Source of the DNA: Thermodesulfobacteriota bacterium
GTDB lineage: Bacteria > Thermosulfidibacterota > Thermosulfidibacteria > Thermosulfidibacterales > B14-G1
Length of the DNA: 64,000 nt
Direction of reading: 5' to 3'
Assembly: GCA_024274915.1 (NCBI GenBank)
Contig: JAJSAC010000073.1
Span: 878 to 64,877, forward strand
Shown piece after piece: positions 1 through 11,692 of this stretch. Position 1 is the stretch's first letter; each line of letters opens with the position of its first letter. The notes below the pieces were generated by a model. The model searched no databases, was not told where the DNA came from, and saw only the letters and a list, made by a program, of their open reading frames with translations. Made by a program: the position numbers and the translations under genes.

Positions 1-77
1 AAGAGATAAATGGTGACCACGGCAGGAATGAAAAAGATCAACCCCCTCACAAAATAGCCCGAAAGCCTCTTAACCAT
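1..77 (-). CDS. 5' end of a membrane-protein gene that runs off the window (DUF502-like N-terminus)
   Basis: ATG at 77-75 is preceded by GGGAGG. It translates as MVKRLSGYFVRGLIFFIPAVVTIYL, a basic N-terminus followed by a TM helix. Only 25 codons are visible. Confidence 0.35.
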   Translation of the reverse strand, partial: MVKRLSGYFVRGLIFFIPAVVTIYL

Positions 78-281
78 GATGGTAACCTCCCAAAGTTTTG
101 CTCCTCCCTAACACTTTCTCCCCTGAAAGTCACCGAGGCAAGGAGTGAGGGAAAACACTCACTATCACCTACCCAAAACCACAAAAAAGCAATTGATGAA
201 TAATACAATTGTTCAAGACAATTTGCTAAAGAAGGTTCCAATATGGATAATATCTCCTCCATCTCCAACAAGGAGGAGGAC

Positions 282-866
282 ATGGAGAGCAACAGGGAAA
301 AGCTGCTGGACCTCCTGGTGAAGAGGAGCTTCCGCTATGACCCATCAAAACCCTTCAGGCTGAGAAGCGGCAGAATGAGCGACGTATACATAGACGCCAA
401 GGCCGTCACCCTTACCGCCCAGGGCATGGCCCTGGTGGGGGAAGCGATATGGGAGAAGATCGCTCCCCTAAAAGCCCGGGCCATTGGAGGCCTCACCCTG
501 GGGGCCGATCCCATCGCTTACGCAACAGCCATGTACGCTACCCTGACCGGCAAGGGCCAGCTGGACGTTTTTATTGTTCGAAAAGAGGCCAAGGGCCACG
601 GCACGGGCAAGGGAATAGAGGGTCCCGTCTCTCCGGGAATTAAGGTGGTGATCGTGGACGACGTGGTCACCACGGGAGGTGCCACGGTCATGGCTATTAA
701 AAGGGCCCTGGAGGCAGGGCTGGAGATTCTCAAGGTGGTGCCCCTGGTAGACCGCCAGGAGGGGGGTCGAGAGGCCGTGGAGGCATTGGGACTGGAGTAT
801 GACCCCATCTTCACCAAGACAGAGCTGCTGTCTCGATATAGACGAAGCGAGAAGGCCGACCAGTAA
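282..866 (+). CDS. pyrE: orotate phosphoribosyltransferase
   Basis: ORF 243..866 has the PRPP-binding loop VVIVDDVVTTGGA and RLRSGRMSDVYIDAK. The start is placed at ATG 282 (MESNREKLL), just after AGGAGGAGGA at 271-280. Confidence 0.9.
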   Translation: MESNREKLLDLLVKRSFRYDPSKPFRLRSGRMSDVYIDAKAVTLTAQGMALVGEAIWEKIAPLKARAIGGLTLGADPIAYATAMYATLTGKGQLDVFIVRKEAKGHGTGKGIEGPVSPGIKVVIVDDVVTTGGATVMAIKRALEAGLEILKVVPLVDRQEGGREAVEALGLEYDPIFTKTELLSRYRRSEKADQ

Positions 867-904
867 AGATTTTCGGCGCCACCAACGGAGGGGCGAGCCG
901 CCCA

Positions 905-2224
905 CTACGCCTTGACCGTACGAAAAGCCCAGACCCAGAAAAGCAAAGAAAGCACCCCCACAACCGATGTGGAGAGAGCTATCCCCGCAGCTCCCATCTT
1001 CCGCATTAAGATCCAATTGAGCAGCACATTCAGAAAGGTCCCCATTACGGCCTGGATAAGAACTATTCGGGTGCGTTGCAAAACGACGTAAACCCTCAGC
1101 AGTACCCTCGAGACCAATCTAAAGGGAAATCCGAGCAGGTAGCACACCCATGCCCACTGAACCAACTGAAGGGAAGACCCTTTCATAGCTCCATGCCCCA
1201 GAACAAGCTTCACTACAGGCCCGCTGACGAGAATGAGCAAAAGAGCGATCACCGATGATGCCACAGCCATGGCCACAGCCGCCTTTCTCACATCCTTCTT
1301 CAACCTGTCCAGGCCCTCCCGGCAATACCGCTCGCTCCAGTGGGAAACAAAGGGGATCATGGCACCAGAAGTGAGGAGCAAAGCCGGAACCATGGTGAGC
1401 CTCCCGGCGTAATAGAGCACGGAAACGCTTCCCACCACTAACCAAGAGGCCATGGCCTTATCCACTGCTTGATTCACCTGGTTAAAAATCATTGATCCAG
1501 AACGAAAGAACGCCACGCCCAAAAATCTAAATAGCTCCGGATCCCACAAGAACGACCCTCTACCAAGGGGAAAACCTTCAATAACGGAAACCTTGTAAAG
1601 CATCACTACCAGCCTGACCCCTTCACCCACCACAAATCCCAACGCGATGGAATGCACCCCCAGGCGCTCTCTAAACAGATACATAACGAGCAAAGTGATC
1701 CCCGATCTAATGGAAGGAGAAACCGCGGGGAGAGAAAATCTTTTGGCCACGTTGAGAGTAGCCATCAGCACGTTAATCCAAGACACAAGGAACACAAGGG
1801 GCAGCATCTCCAGCAAAAGTCGGTACAGTAGCCCCATTTGATAGGGAGAAAAGTGAACTACCAGTGGAAGAAAGGCTTTTGCGGCAAGGAAAAGGAGGGT
1901 GACCACCACGGAAACCAGGACACCTTCCAGGACCAAGAACTTCCCCACATAAGCAGAAACCTCCCCCTTCCTTGCCCTAACCTCTGCCAGAAAAGGGATA
2001 AGCACTTCTCCTACCGCATCCCCAAAAACCATGGTCAAAAGGAGAATAAGACTATAAACCAAAAAGAAAGCGTCCGTGTCTCTCCCGGCACCAAACCATA
2101 TCGCCACAAAAAAGGGGACTAAAAAACCTGTGATCCTCCCCACCAAAGCCAGTGCCGTAGTGCTGAAAACATCCTTGACCAGAGGCCTGGACAACCAATC
2201 CTTCAAAAAAGACCTAGCCCCCAT
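905..2224 (-). CDS. murJ: MurJ/MviN-like lipid II flippase (MOP superfamily), short 439-aa form
   Basis: Polytopic membrane ORF. The N-terminus STTALALVGRITGFLVPFFVAIWFGAGRDTDAFFLVYS matches the MurJ signature (SRxxGfxRdxxxAxxFGAgxxtDAFfvA). Confidence 0.65.
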   Translation of the reverse strand: MGARSFLKDWLSRPLVKDVFSTTALALVGRITGFLVPFFVAIWFGAGRDTDAFFLVYSLILLLTMVFGDAVGEVLIPFLAEVRARKGEVSAYVGKFLVLEGVLVSVVVTLLFLAAKAFLPLVVHFSPYQMGLLYRLLLEMLPLVFLVSWINVLMATLNVAKRFSLPAVSPSIRSGITLLVMYLFRERLGVHSIALGFVVGEGVRLVVMLYKVSVIEGFPLGRGSFLWDPELFRFLGVAFFRSGSMIFNQVNQAVDKAMASWLVVGSVSVLYYAGRLTMVPALLLTSGAMIPFVSHWSERYCREGLDRLKKDVRKAAVAMAVASSVIALLLILVSGPVVKLVLGHGAMKGSSLQLVQWAWVCYLLGFPFRLVSRVLLRVYVVLQRTRIVLIQAVMGTFLNVLLNWILMRKMGAAGIALSTSVVGVLSLLFWVWAFRTVKA

Positions 2225-2266
2225 AACCGTCCCACCCCCACGATAGATCGAAAACGGCAGGAAAGA

Positions 2267-2290
2267 GGCTCTCTCGCCCTGTCGAGAGCC
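2267..2290 (-). terminator. hairpin downstream of guaB (possible terminator)
   Basis: GGCTCTC (2267-2273) pairs with GAGAGCC (2284-2290) across a 10-nt loop. On the minus strand it is followed by the partly T-rich TCTTTCCTGCCGTTTTC. Confidence 0.35.
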
Positions 2291-2319
2291 CCGGATTGAA
2301 CCTTCTTATGTTCAGCCCC

Positions 2320-4814
<2,495 letters not shown>

Positions 4815-4997
4815 GATTACCTCCTTATTCCCATAGGCCCTAAGGCCCACATTTTTATGCCCCTATACTCCTGGAAGAAGACCTGGTCAATAAAGCTGGA
4901 ACCCCTTTCGCAAAAAACCTTTTCCCCACCTAACCGAAGCGGTTTCCCTTTACCTTTCCCTTGGGTTAATAAAGAAAAAACCCTTCAGGAGGTGCCC

Positions 4998-6107
4998 ATG
5001 GAAAATCCTCCCCTTTTCATCTACAGTCCCCGGTACATCCAGTTTGACTACGGCCGGGACCATCCCCTAAGGCTCTTTCGCCTGAAGCTTGCCGTGGACC
5101 TCATGGAACACTACGGGCTCCTCTCCCCCCCCGTAGAAAAGGCCAAGCCGGAGGAGATCGACGATGAGACCCTCCTAACTTTCCATGACCCCTCCTACCT
5201 GGAGACCCTTAAAAAAGCCGACGAGGAAGGAATACCTTACCCCTCCATGGGCCTGGGCAACAGTGACAACCCTGTCTTCCCCGGCATGTATACCCTCTCC
5301 CGGCTAGTGGTGGGAGGCACTATGGTGGGCACCCTCAAGGCCCTGGAAGGCCGGAGGGTCTTCCACATAGGAGGGGGTATGCATCACGCCCGACCCAGCA
5401 AGGCCGAAGGTTTTTGTTACCTCAATGATATCGTCATCGCCCTCAAGGACGCCCTCAACAAAGGGGCCAAAGTCCTCTACCTAGACATAGACGCCCACCA
5501 CTGTGACGCCGTCCAGGAGGCCTTTTACGAAGACCCCAGGGTCCTGGTGGTCTCCTTCCACCAGTATGGTCCCGACACCTACCCCGGCACCGGGGCCCTG
5601 GAGGAATTGGGAGAAGGGGAGGGCAAGGGGTACAACCTGAACCTGCCCCTGAATCGCTACACCGAGGACGAGACCCTGTGGTGGGCCTACCAGGAGCTGG
5701 TGCCACCTCTCCTGGAGGCATTCCAACCGGACCTCCTCTTCACCCAGCTGGGGGTGGACGCCCACAAAGATGACCCCCTAACAACCCTCTTTCTCACCAC
5801 GGGGTTTTACGAAAGATTGGCCCAGGACCTGGCCTCCCGCTGGCAGGGTCCCTGGATGGCCGTGGGAGGTGGAGGCTACGACATGGTGAACGTGGCCCGC
5901 ATCTGGACCCTCATGTGGGGCATCATGGTGGGCAAAGAGGTGCCGGACACGCTACCTGAGAGCTTCCTGAGAATCTCCCGCATGGAGGGATACGACGGCC
6001 CCACCATCCGGGACGTGCCGGGATGGTCGGGAGCCCTCAGCCATGTGCCCAAAACCCTTAAGCCGAGGGTGGAGTTCCTAAAGGAGCACTGCCCCCTCCT
6101 GGGTTAA
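4998..6107 (+). CDS. histone deacetylase-family (AcuC/acetylpolyamine amidohydrolase-like) protein
   Basis: Class I/II HDAC motifs are present: GGGMHHARPSKAEGFCYLND, YLDIDAHHCDAVQE, QLGVDAHKDDPL. ATG 4998 follows AGGAGG at 4987-4992, so the upstream part of ORF 4857.. is ignored. Confidence 0.85.
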   Translation: MENPPLFIYSPRYIQFDYGRDHPLRLFRLKLAVDLMEHYGLLSPPVEKAKPEEIDDETLLTFHDPSYLETLKKADEEGIPYPSMGLGNSDNPVFPGMYTLSRLVVGGTMVGTLKALEGRRVFHIGGGMHHARPSKAEGFCYLNDIVIALKDALNKGAKVLYLDIDAHHCDAVQEAFYEDPRVLVVSFHQYGPDTYPGTGALEELGEGEGKGYNLNLPLNRYTEDETLWWAYQELVPPLLEAFQPDLLFTQLGVDAHKDDPLTTLFLTTGFYERLAQDLASRWQGPWMAVGGGGYDMVNVARIWTLMWGIMVGKEVPDTLPESFLRISRMEGYDGPTIRDVPGWSGALSHVPKTLKPRVEFLKEHCPLLG

Positions 6108-6117
6108 AGGGAGATCC

Positions 6118-7179
6118 ATGGCCAACAGAGTGGTCAAGAGGATAGCCGCCGAATGGCTCCTGGTCCTCACCATCCTGGGATGGTGCGCCACCGCCCTTTA
6201 CCTCCGGCGCTTCCCCCATTACTCACCCACAGATTTCAAAGTGGTTTACACCCTTCTCATCTTCCTGGTCATCATCAAAGGCCTGGAACACACCGAGGTC
6301 CTGCCCGGCATCGCCGCCCGCCTGGACAAGGGGCGCCACCTGCCCCAGAAACTGATAATCATAACGGGGATCCTCTCTATGTTTGTAACCAACGACGTGG
6401 CTGTGCTCACCATGGTGCCCCTCACTCTAGCCCTGGGACTGGACGAAAAAATCATCATCCTGGAGACCCTGGTAGCCAACGGTGCTTCCACCTTCACCCC
6501 CTTCGGCAACCCCCAAAACATCTTCATCTACTACCACTACGACCTCCACCCCCTGACGTTCATTGGCGCCATTGCCCCCTTCACCCTGGTCTCCTTCTTC
6601 CTCATCTTCCTGGCCTCCTTCACCGTGAAAAAAAGGGGGCCCGAACAGGGTCCTCGGGAGATTGGAGACATCCACCACTTCCAGAGACCGGGCTACCTCT
6701 ACCTGACCTTCTTCGTGATCTTTGTCCTGGCCGTCCTAAAAATCTTGCCCCTGTACATCGGCATCTTGCCCCTTCTTTACGCCATCCTCTGGGACAGACA
6801 GAGCCTCAGAGTGGATTATCTGTTGCTCCTCACTTTCCTGGCTTTCTTCGGCTTCACCGACAATCTCATGCACATGATGAAATTCAGCCTGGATAATGGG
6901 GCAGAGGTCTTCCTCTACTCATCCCTGGGCAGTCAAATCATCAGCAACTTCCCCAGCACCCTTTTGTTCGCCGACTTCACCCAGAACTGGCGAGCCCTGT
7001 TGTGGGGGGTAAGCGTAGGAGGATTCGGCAACCTCATCGGCTCCCTGGCCAGTCTCATCACCTACCGTCTCTACAAATCCCACACCAAAGAACAGAAAAA
7101 ATTTCTCACCAAATTTCACATGTACGGCTACGTGGCCTTCGCCTTGGGTTGCGCCCTTTTCTTTTTGTTCATGAGTTAA
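6118..7179 (+). CDS. ArsB/NhaD-superfamily anion permease-like membrane protein
   Basis: 353-aa polytopic protein with NDVAVLTMVPL and FGNPQNIFIY (GNPxN) motifs typical of ArsB/NhaD/citrate-transporter-type permeases. Confidence 0.65.
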   Translation: MANRVVKRIAAEWLLVLTILGWCATALYLRRFPHYSPTDFKVVYTLLIFLVIIKGLEHTEVLPGIAARLDKGRHLPQKLIIITGILSMFVTNDVAVLTMVPLTLALGLDEKIIILETLVANGASTFTPFGNPQNIFIYYHYDLHPLTFIGAIAPFTLVSFFLIFLASFTVKKRGPEQGPREIGDIHHFQRPGYLYLTFFVIFVLAVLKILPLYIGILPLLYAILWDRQSLRVDYLLLLTFLAFFGFTDNLMHMMKFSLDNGAEVFLYSSLGSQIISNFPSTLLFADFTQNWRALLWGVSVGGFGNLIGSLASLITYRLYKSHTKEQKKFLTKFHMYGYVAFALGCALFFLFMS

Positions 7180-7246
7180 CGGGTGGATGGGTAGAGGGAT
7201 GATCAGTCCTTTCTCCCTTAGCCCTTAGCCTTTCGCCTTTCCCCCT

Positions 7247-7537
7247 TCACCTCTTTATCCCAAACCTCCACACCAGATAGGCCACGATGAGGCCAGCCAC
7301 CACCTTGACGATGACCTGGACCAGGTGCTCCTGGACAAACCTCTTCCACCAGGGCTTCTTTTCCACGGTAGGGATGATCACCACAGGGGAATGACCAGCA
7401 GGAGGGGGCGAAGGAGCCACTCTGGCCTTCTTCACTTCGGCCTTCATCCGCTTCTCCTCGGCCTTAGCCTGAGCCCTGGCTGCCTTGGCCCGGGTTCTGG
7501 CCTCCTTGGCTCTCAGCTTCTCCTCATCCTTGGCCAT
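7247..7537 (-). CDS. small tail-anchored membrane protein with a Lys/Ala/Glu-rich N-terminal helix
   Basis: 96 aa: MAKDEEKLRAKEARTRAKAARAQAKAEEKR..., a PSPPP linker, then a single C-terminal TM (VIVKVVAGLIVAYLVWRF) 5 residues from the end. A strong promoter lies 48 nt upstream. Confidence 0.5.
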   Translation of the reverse strand: MAKDEEKLRAKEARTRAKAARAQAKAEEKRMKAEVKKARVAPSPPPAGHSPVVIIPTVEKKPWWKRFVQEHLVQVIVKVVAGLIVAYLVWRFGIKR

Positions 7538-7584
7538 GACACCCTTACCCCCAGGGAGAGTCCCCTTCCTAATGGCTACTTGAC

Positions 7585-7612
7585 ATTATACAACCCGTTC
7601 CCACCCGTTCAA
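7585..7612 (-). promoter_or_regulatory. sigma70-type promoter (TTGAAC-N16-TATAAT) for the 96-aa gene
   Basis: On the minus strand it reads CTGATTTGAAC-(16 nt)-TATAATGTCAAGT. The -10 is at 7590-7585 and the -35 at 7612-7607. It is near-identical to the promoter at 8453-8480. Confidence 0.55.
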
Positions 7613-7800
7613 ATCAGCCATCTCATCCCACCTTCTCGCAGAAAAGAGCCGATCTTCGCAAAAACCCGAAAAACTTCCCCCGTCATCCGAGCTGCCAAAA
7701 ACTCAACAAAAGCACAAATGATAAAACGCCTCAGAGACCCCTCACATTTTATCCACGTCCCACGTCCCTTGCACGGTGATGAAGTGAGGATATACCCCTA

Positions 7801-8049
7801 TTAGTCGAGAGGAGGCAACTTGAACAAAGGTTGGTAATTAGCTGCCCGTTTCCACAGCTCCAACAACTCCCCTTGATGCCGAGAAGCCCATTCTACCACT
7901 AAACCCAAGGCGCGGGGTGGTAAGTGTCCGCCAATAACTACCAGGTTCCGTATATCCACCACGGCCCTATACTCCCCATACTCCGCGTGAAAATGAGGAG
8001 GATGACGATCATCGAAGTACATCCTGATAATTATTCGAAGAAGCGACAA
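7801..8049 (-). CDS. DUF4160 domain protein
   Basis: 82 aa with RMYFDDRHPPHFHAEYGEY, the hallmark DUF4160 motif. The TTG start lies 3 nt after the upstream gene's stop. Confidence 0.8.
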   Translation of the reverse strand: MSLLRIIIRMYFDDRHPPHFHAEYGEYRAVVDIRNLVVIGGHLPPRALGLVVEWASRHQGELLELWKRAANYQPLFKLPPLD

Positions 8050-8052
8050 ATC

Positions 8053-8358
8053 TCAGGCATGCTGAGCAACCAACTCCCGGATCTTGGGAAAGAGTTCTTC
8101 GGGTTTTTTACCTGTTATTTGAAGGTAAAGGGCATCAGGGCAGAGGTCAATTTCTCCGCCCCAGGCGATTCCCCCCCCGGGACCGACATGGACCTTTTGA
8201 TACTCCCTGTAATCTTCCCATCGGGCAAAAACCCCTTTCCCAACCAGATCCTTCAGACCAACTATCCCTTCCACTCCATCGGAGTATTTGATCCAAAGAC
8301 GATACCCTTCGAGGGCCCTCACTTCTACTGGTCTTGGGGTTCCTTCGTCTTTTCTCAT
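8053..8358 (-). CDS. DUF2442 domain protein
   Basis: 101 aa. VEVRALEGYRLWIKYSDGVEGIVGLKDL and IAWGGEIDLCPDALY are typical of DUF2442. GGGAGAGGAG lies directly before the ATG. Confidence 0.8.
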   Translation of the reverse strand: MRKDEGTPRPVEVRALEGYRLWIKYSDGVEGIVGLKDLVGKGVFARWEDYREYQKVHVGPGGGIAWGGEIDLCPDALYLQITGKKPEELFPKIRELVAQHA

Positions 8359-8452
8359 CTCCTCTCCCTTCGTAAGGAGTTTTCTTTTTAACTCTTACAC
8401 CATCTCGCCGCCCTACTTAAATGCTCAACCATGATTCCATTGGGCACTTGAC

Positions 8453-8480
8453 ATTATACGACTTGTCCTCATTTCTTCAA
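8453..8480 (-). promoter_or_regulatory. sigma70-type promoter (TTGAAG-N16-TATAAT) for the DUF2442-DUF4160 operon
   Basis: On the minus strand it reads CTGATTTGAAG-(16 nt)-TATAATGTCAAGT. The -10 is at 8458-8453 and the -35 at 8480-8475, about 95 nt upstream of ATG 8358. Confidence 0.55.
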
Positions 8481-8487
8481 ATCAGTG

Positions 8488-8580
8488 CGTATTCCAGACC
8501 AAGCTCCCCAGTGATTCCAGTGAAAAGTATCCACTGATTCCGGACCAGAGTATCCGCCCATTCCTGTGGCAAAGTATCCA
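8488..8580 (+). repeat. four degenerate 23-nt direct repeats (cores ATTCC and AGTATCC)
   Basis: ATTCC occurs at 8491, 8514, 8537 and 8560, exactly 23 nt apart. AGTATCC occurs at 8526, 8549 and 8573. The block abuts the -35 of the 8453-8480 promoter. Confidence 0.6.
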
Positions 8581-9807
8581 ATTTTCCCCGGGTTCTGGAA
8601 TGGATGGAAGTCTGGCCAGAGAAGCTGGTCCGTGGACGATCTGGAGCAGTGGCTGGTGGATTTCCTCCACGCCAACCCCAAAATCAAAGGCCACTATACC
8701 GATCCTCACTCGGACCTCTCCAGACTAATGGAGCTATTCAAAGAAGACTTGCGCACGGCCACCTTCCTGGTTAGAAAGGGAAACGACCAGTTTTCCTTCG
8801 CCCATACCTCCCTCCTGGAGTTCTTCCTGGCCTCCTACCTCTACCGGGCCCTTCTTGAAGGAAAGCCCGAAAGGTGCTCGATTCCCAGGCCCAGCCCTGA
8901 GACCCTGGATTTCCTGGGGCAGCTTCTGGAGATAGCCCCCGAAACCGAGAGACAAAAGGCCCTGGAGACCATGAGGGAGACGAAAAGAACCTACACCTCC
9001 CAGGCCAGCGAAAATCTCCTGGAATACATGCTCATGGCTTACCAGAAAGGCTATCCCCACCCCTCCTTCGCCGGATTCGACCTGGAGGGAGCAAAGCTGA
9101 AGGGCTGGAGGTTTGAAGTAAAAGACAACCAGCCTTTGCTCAACTTCACGGGATCCAACTTTGCGGGAGCAGACCTGAGAGACGCCTGGTTCATCCGGGT
9201 CAATCTGGACAATGCCTCCTTTAACGGGGCGCTCCTGGACCGCTGTTGGTTCCTGAAAGGCCGGGCAGTAGGTGCCACCTTCCGCCAGGCCAGCTTACCA
9301 GGCACCGTGTTCCGCAAAGTGGCCCTTCGGGAGACTAACCATACAAACGCCCATTTCCACAGGACCCAGTGGCTGGGGTGTAGGCTGGAAAAGGCAGTGG
9401 GACTTGTGGCGGAGGAAGAAAAGACTTTCTTCGGCTGTTGCAGTCCTCGACACGGGGAACCCCCTCTCCATCCCGTAAAAGTCAAAACCTATACAGGACA
9501 TGAAGGCCCTGTCCTCTCCGTTGCCTTCTCCACCGACGGTTCCAAGATCGCCTCGGGGTCCAGGGATAAGACCATCAGAGTCTGGGATGCCTCGTCTGGC
9601 AAACTGGTTCGCACTCGTCTCCTGCTCCCCGAGGGCCAGACAGCCTACATAGACTCACAAGGCCAGCTCCTCTGGGCTTCGGAAGACGCCTGGCCTTGGC
9701 TGGGCTGGGAGGAGAAGAGGGAAGGCCGGGTGATACACTGGCCCATTGAGATGTTCTGGATGCTGGACGAGAAGTTTTCCCAGAAGAACAAGGGGTCAAA
9801 TGATTAA
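8566..9807 (+). CDS. truncated STAND(NACHT)-type protein: winged-helix remnant, pentapeptide repeats and a single WD40 repeat (probable gene remnant)
   Basis: FSFAHTSLLEFFLASYLY is the post-NTPase motif of NACHT proteins, but no Walker A/B is present. A TGA at 8521 closes the frame upstream, and the start is GTG. Pentapeptide repeats follow (FTGSNFAGADLRDAWFIRVNLDNASFNGALL). Only one WD repeat is present (GHEGPVLSVAFSTDGSKIASGSRDKTIRVWD). Confidence 0.6.
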   Translation: MAKYPIFPGFWNGWKSGQRSWSVDDLEQWLVDFLHANPKIKGHYTDPHSDLSRLMELFKEDLRTATFLVRKGNDQFSFAHTSLLEFFLASYLYRALLEGKPERCSIPRPSPETLDFLGQLLEIAPETERQKALETMRETKRTYTSQASENLLEYMLMAYQKGYPHPSFAGFDLEGAKLKGWRFEVKDNQPLLNFTGSNFAGADLRDAWFIRVNLDNASFNGALLDRCWFLKGRAVGATFRQASLPGTVFRKVALRETNHTNAHFHRTQWLGCRLEKAVGLVAEEEKTFFGCCSPRHGEPPLHPVKVKTYTGHEGPVLSVAFSTDGSKIASGSRDKTIRVWDASSGKLVRTRLLLPEGQTAYIDSQGQLLWASEDAWPWLGWEEKREGRVIHWPIEMFWMLDEKFSQKNKGSND

Positions 9808-9970
9808 TGGTTGAATAGTGTAATTGTGTAATTTATCATTTAAACATCAACACTAACTCCTAGTCGTTCAGTTACCAGAAAACTTGAGCCCCTTCTCCCT
9901 CCGTGGTATTCCCCTGGCACGGGCCCGGGATGCCGGGCTACATCGGCTTGGACGCCTGGGAGGTGAGTCC

Positions 9971-11497
<1,527 letters not shown>

Positions 11498-11692
11498 AGG
11501 CGTTAATGCGTGGATGGGTGAAAGGGTAAACGCAGGAGAGAGAAGGCGCTAGGAGTGCTCCCACACTAAAAACCTTTTTTCCCTATTCACCCATCTACGC
11601 ATCTACCCATTCCCCCATTCCCCATCTGCCGCCGTTGCAAAGATCCCTCAGCTGTGGAAGAAGGGGGAAAGGAAGACTGCAGGGAGGTAACC

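Noticed and set aside
7600-7620. GTTCAAATC strings at 7607 and 8476 looked like tRNA T-loops, suggesting a possible tRNA fragment or att site.
   Set aside because: No complementary T-stem or acceptor arm surrounds them. They are better explained as the reverse complement of the -35 region (TTTGAAC/G) of the twin promoters.
9885-9970. Possible ZTP (pfl) riboswitch in the purH leader: a CCCGG-GATG-CCGGG hairpin followed by ACGCCTGGGAGG, reminiscent of the CCGCCUGGGC 3' element.
   Set aside because: The 5' sub-domain (ACUGGCG ... GGUGGGAAACCACC ... GGGGAGC) is not present in the right order. The pseudoknot partner GGCG is missing (only CTGGCA is present). The spacing is wrong. The GGGAGG is better explained as the purH Shine-Dalgarno.
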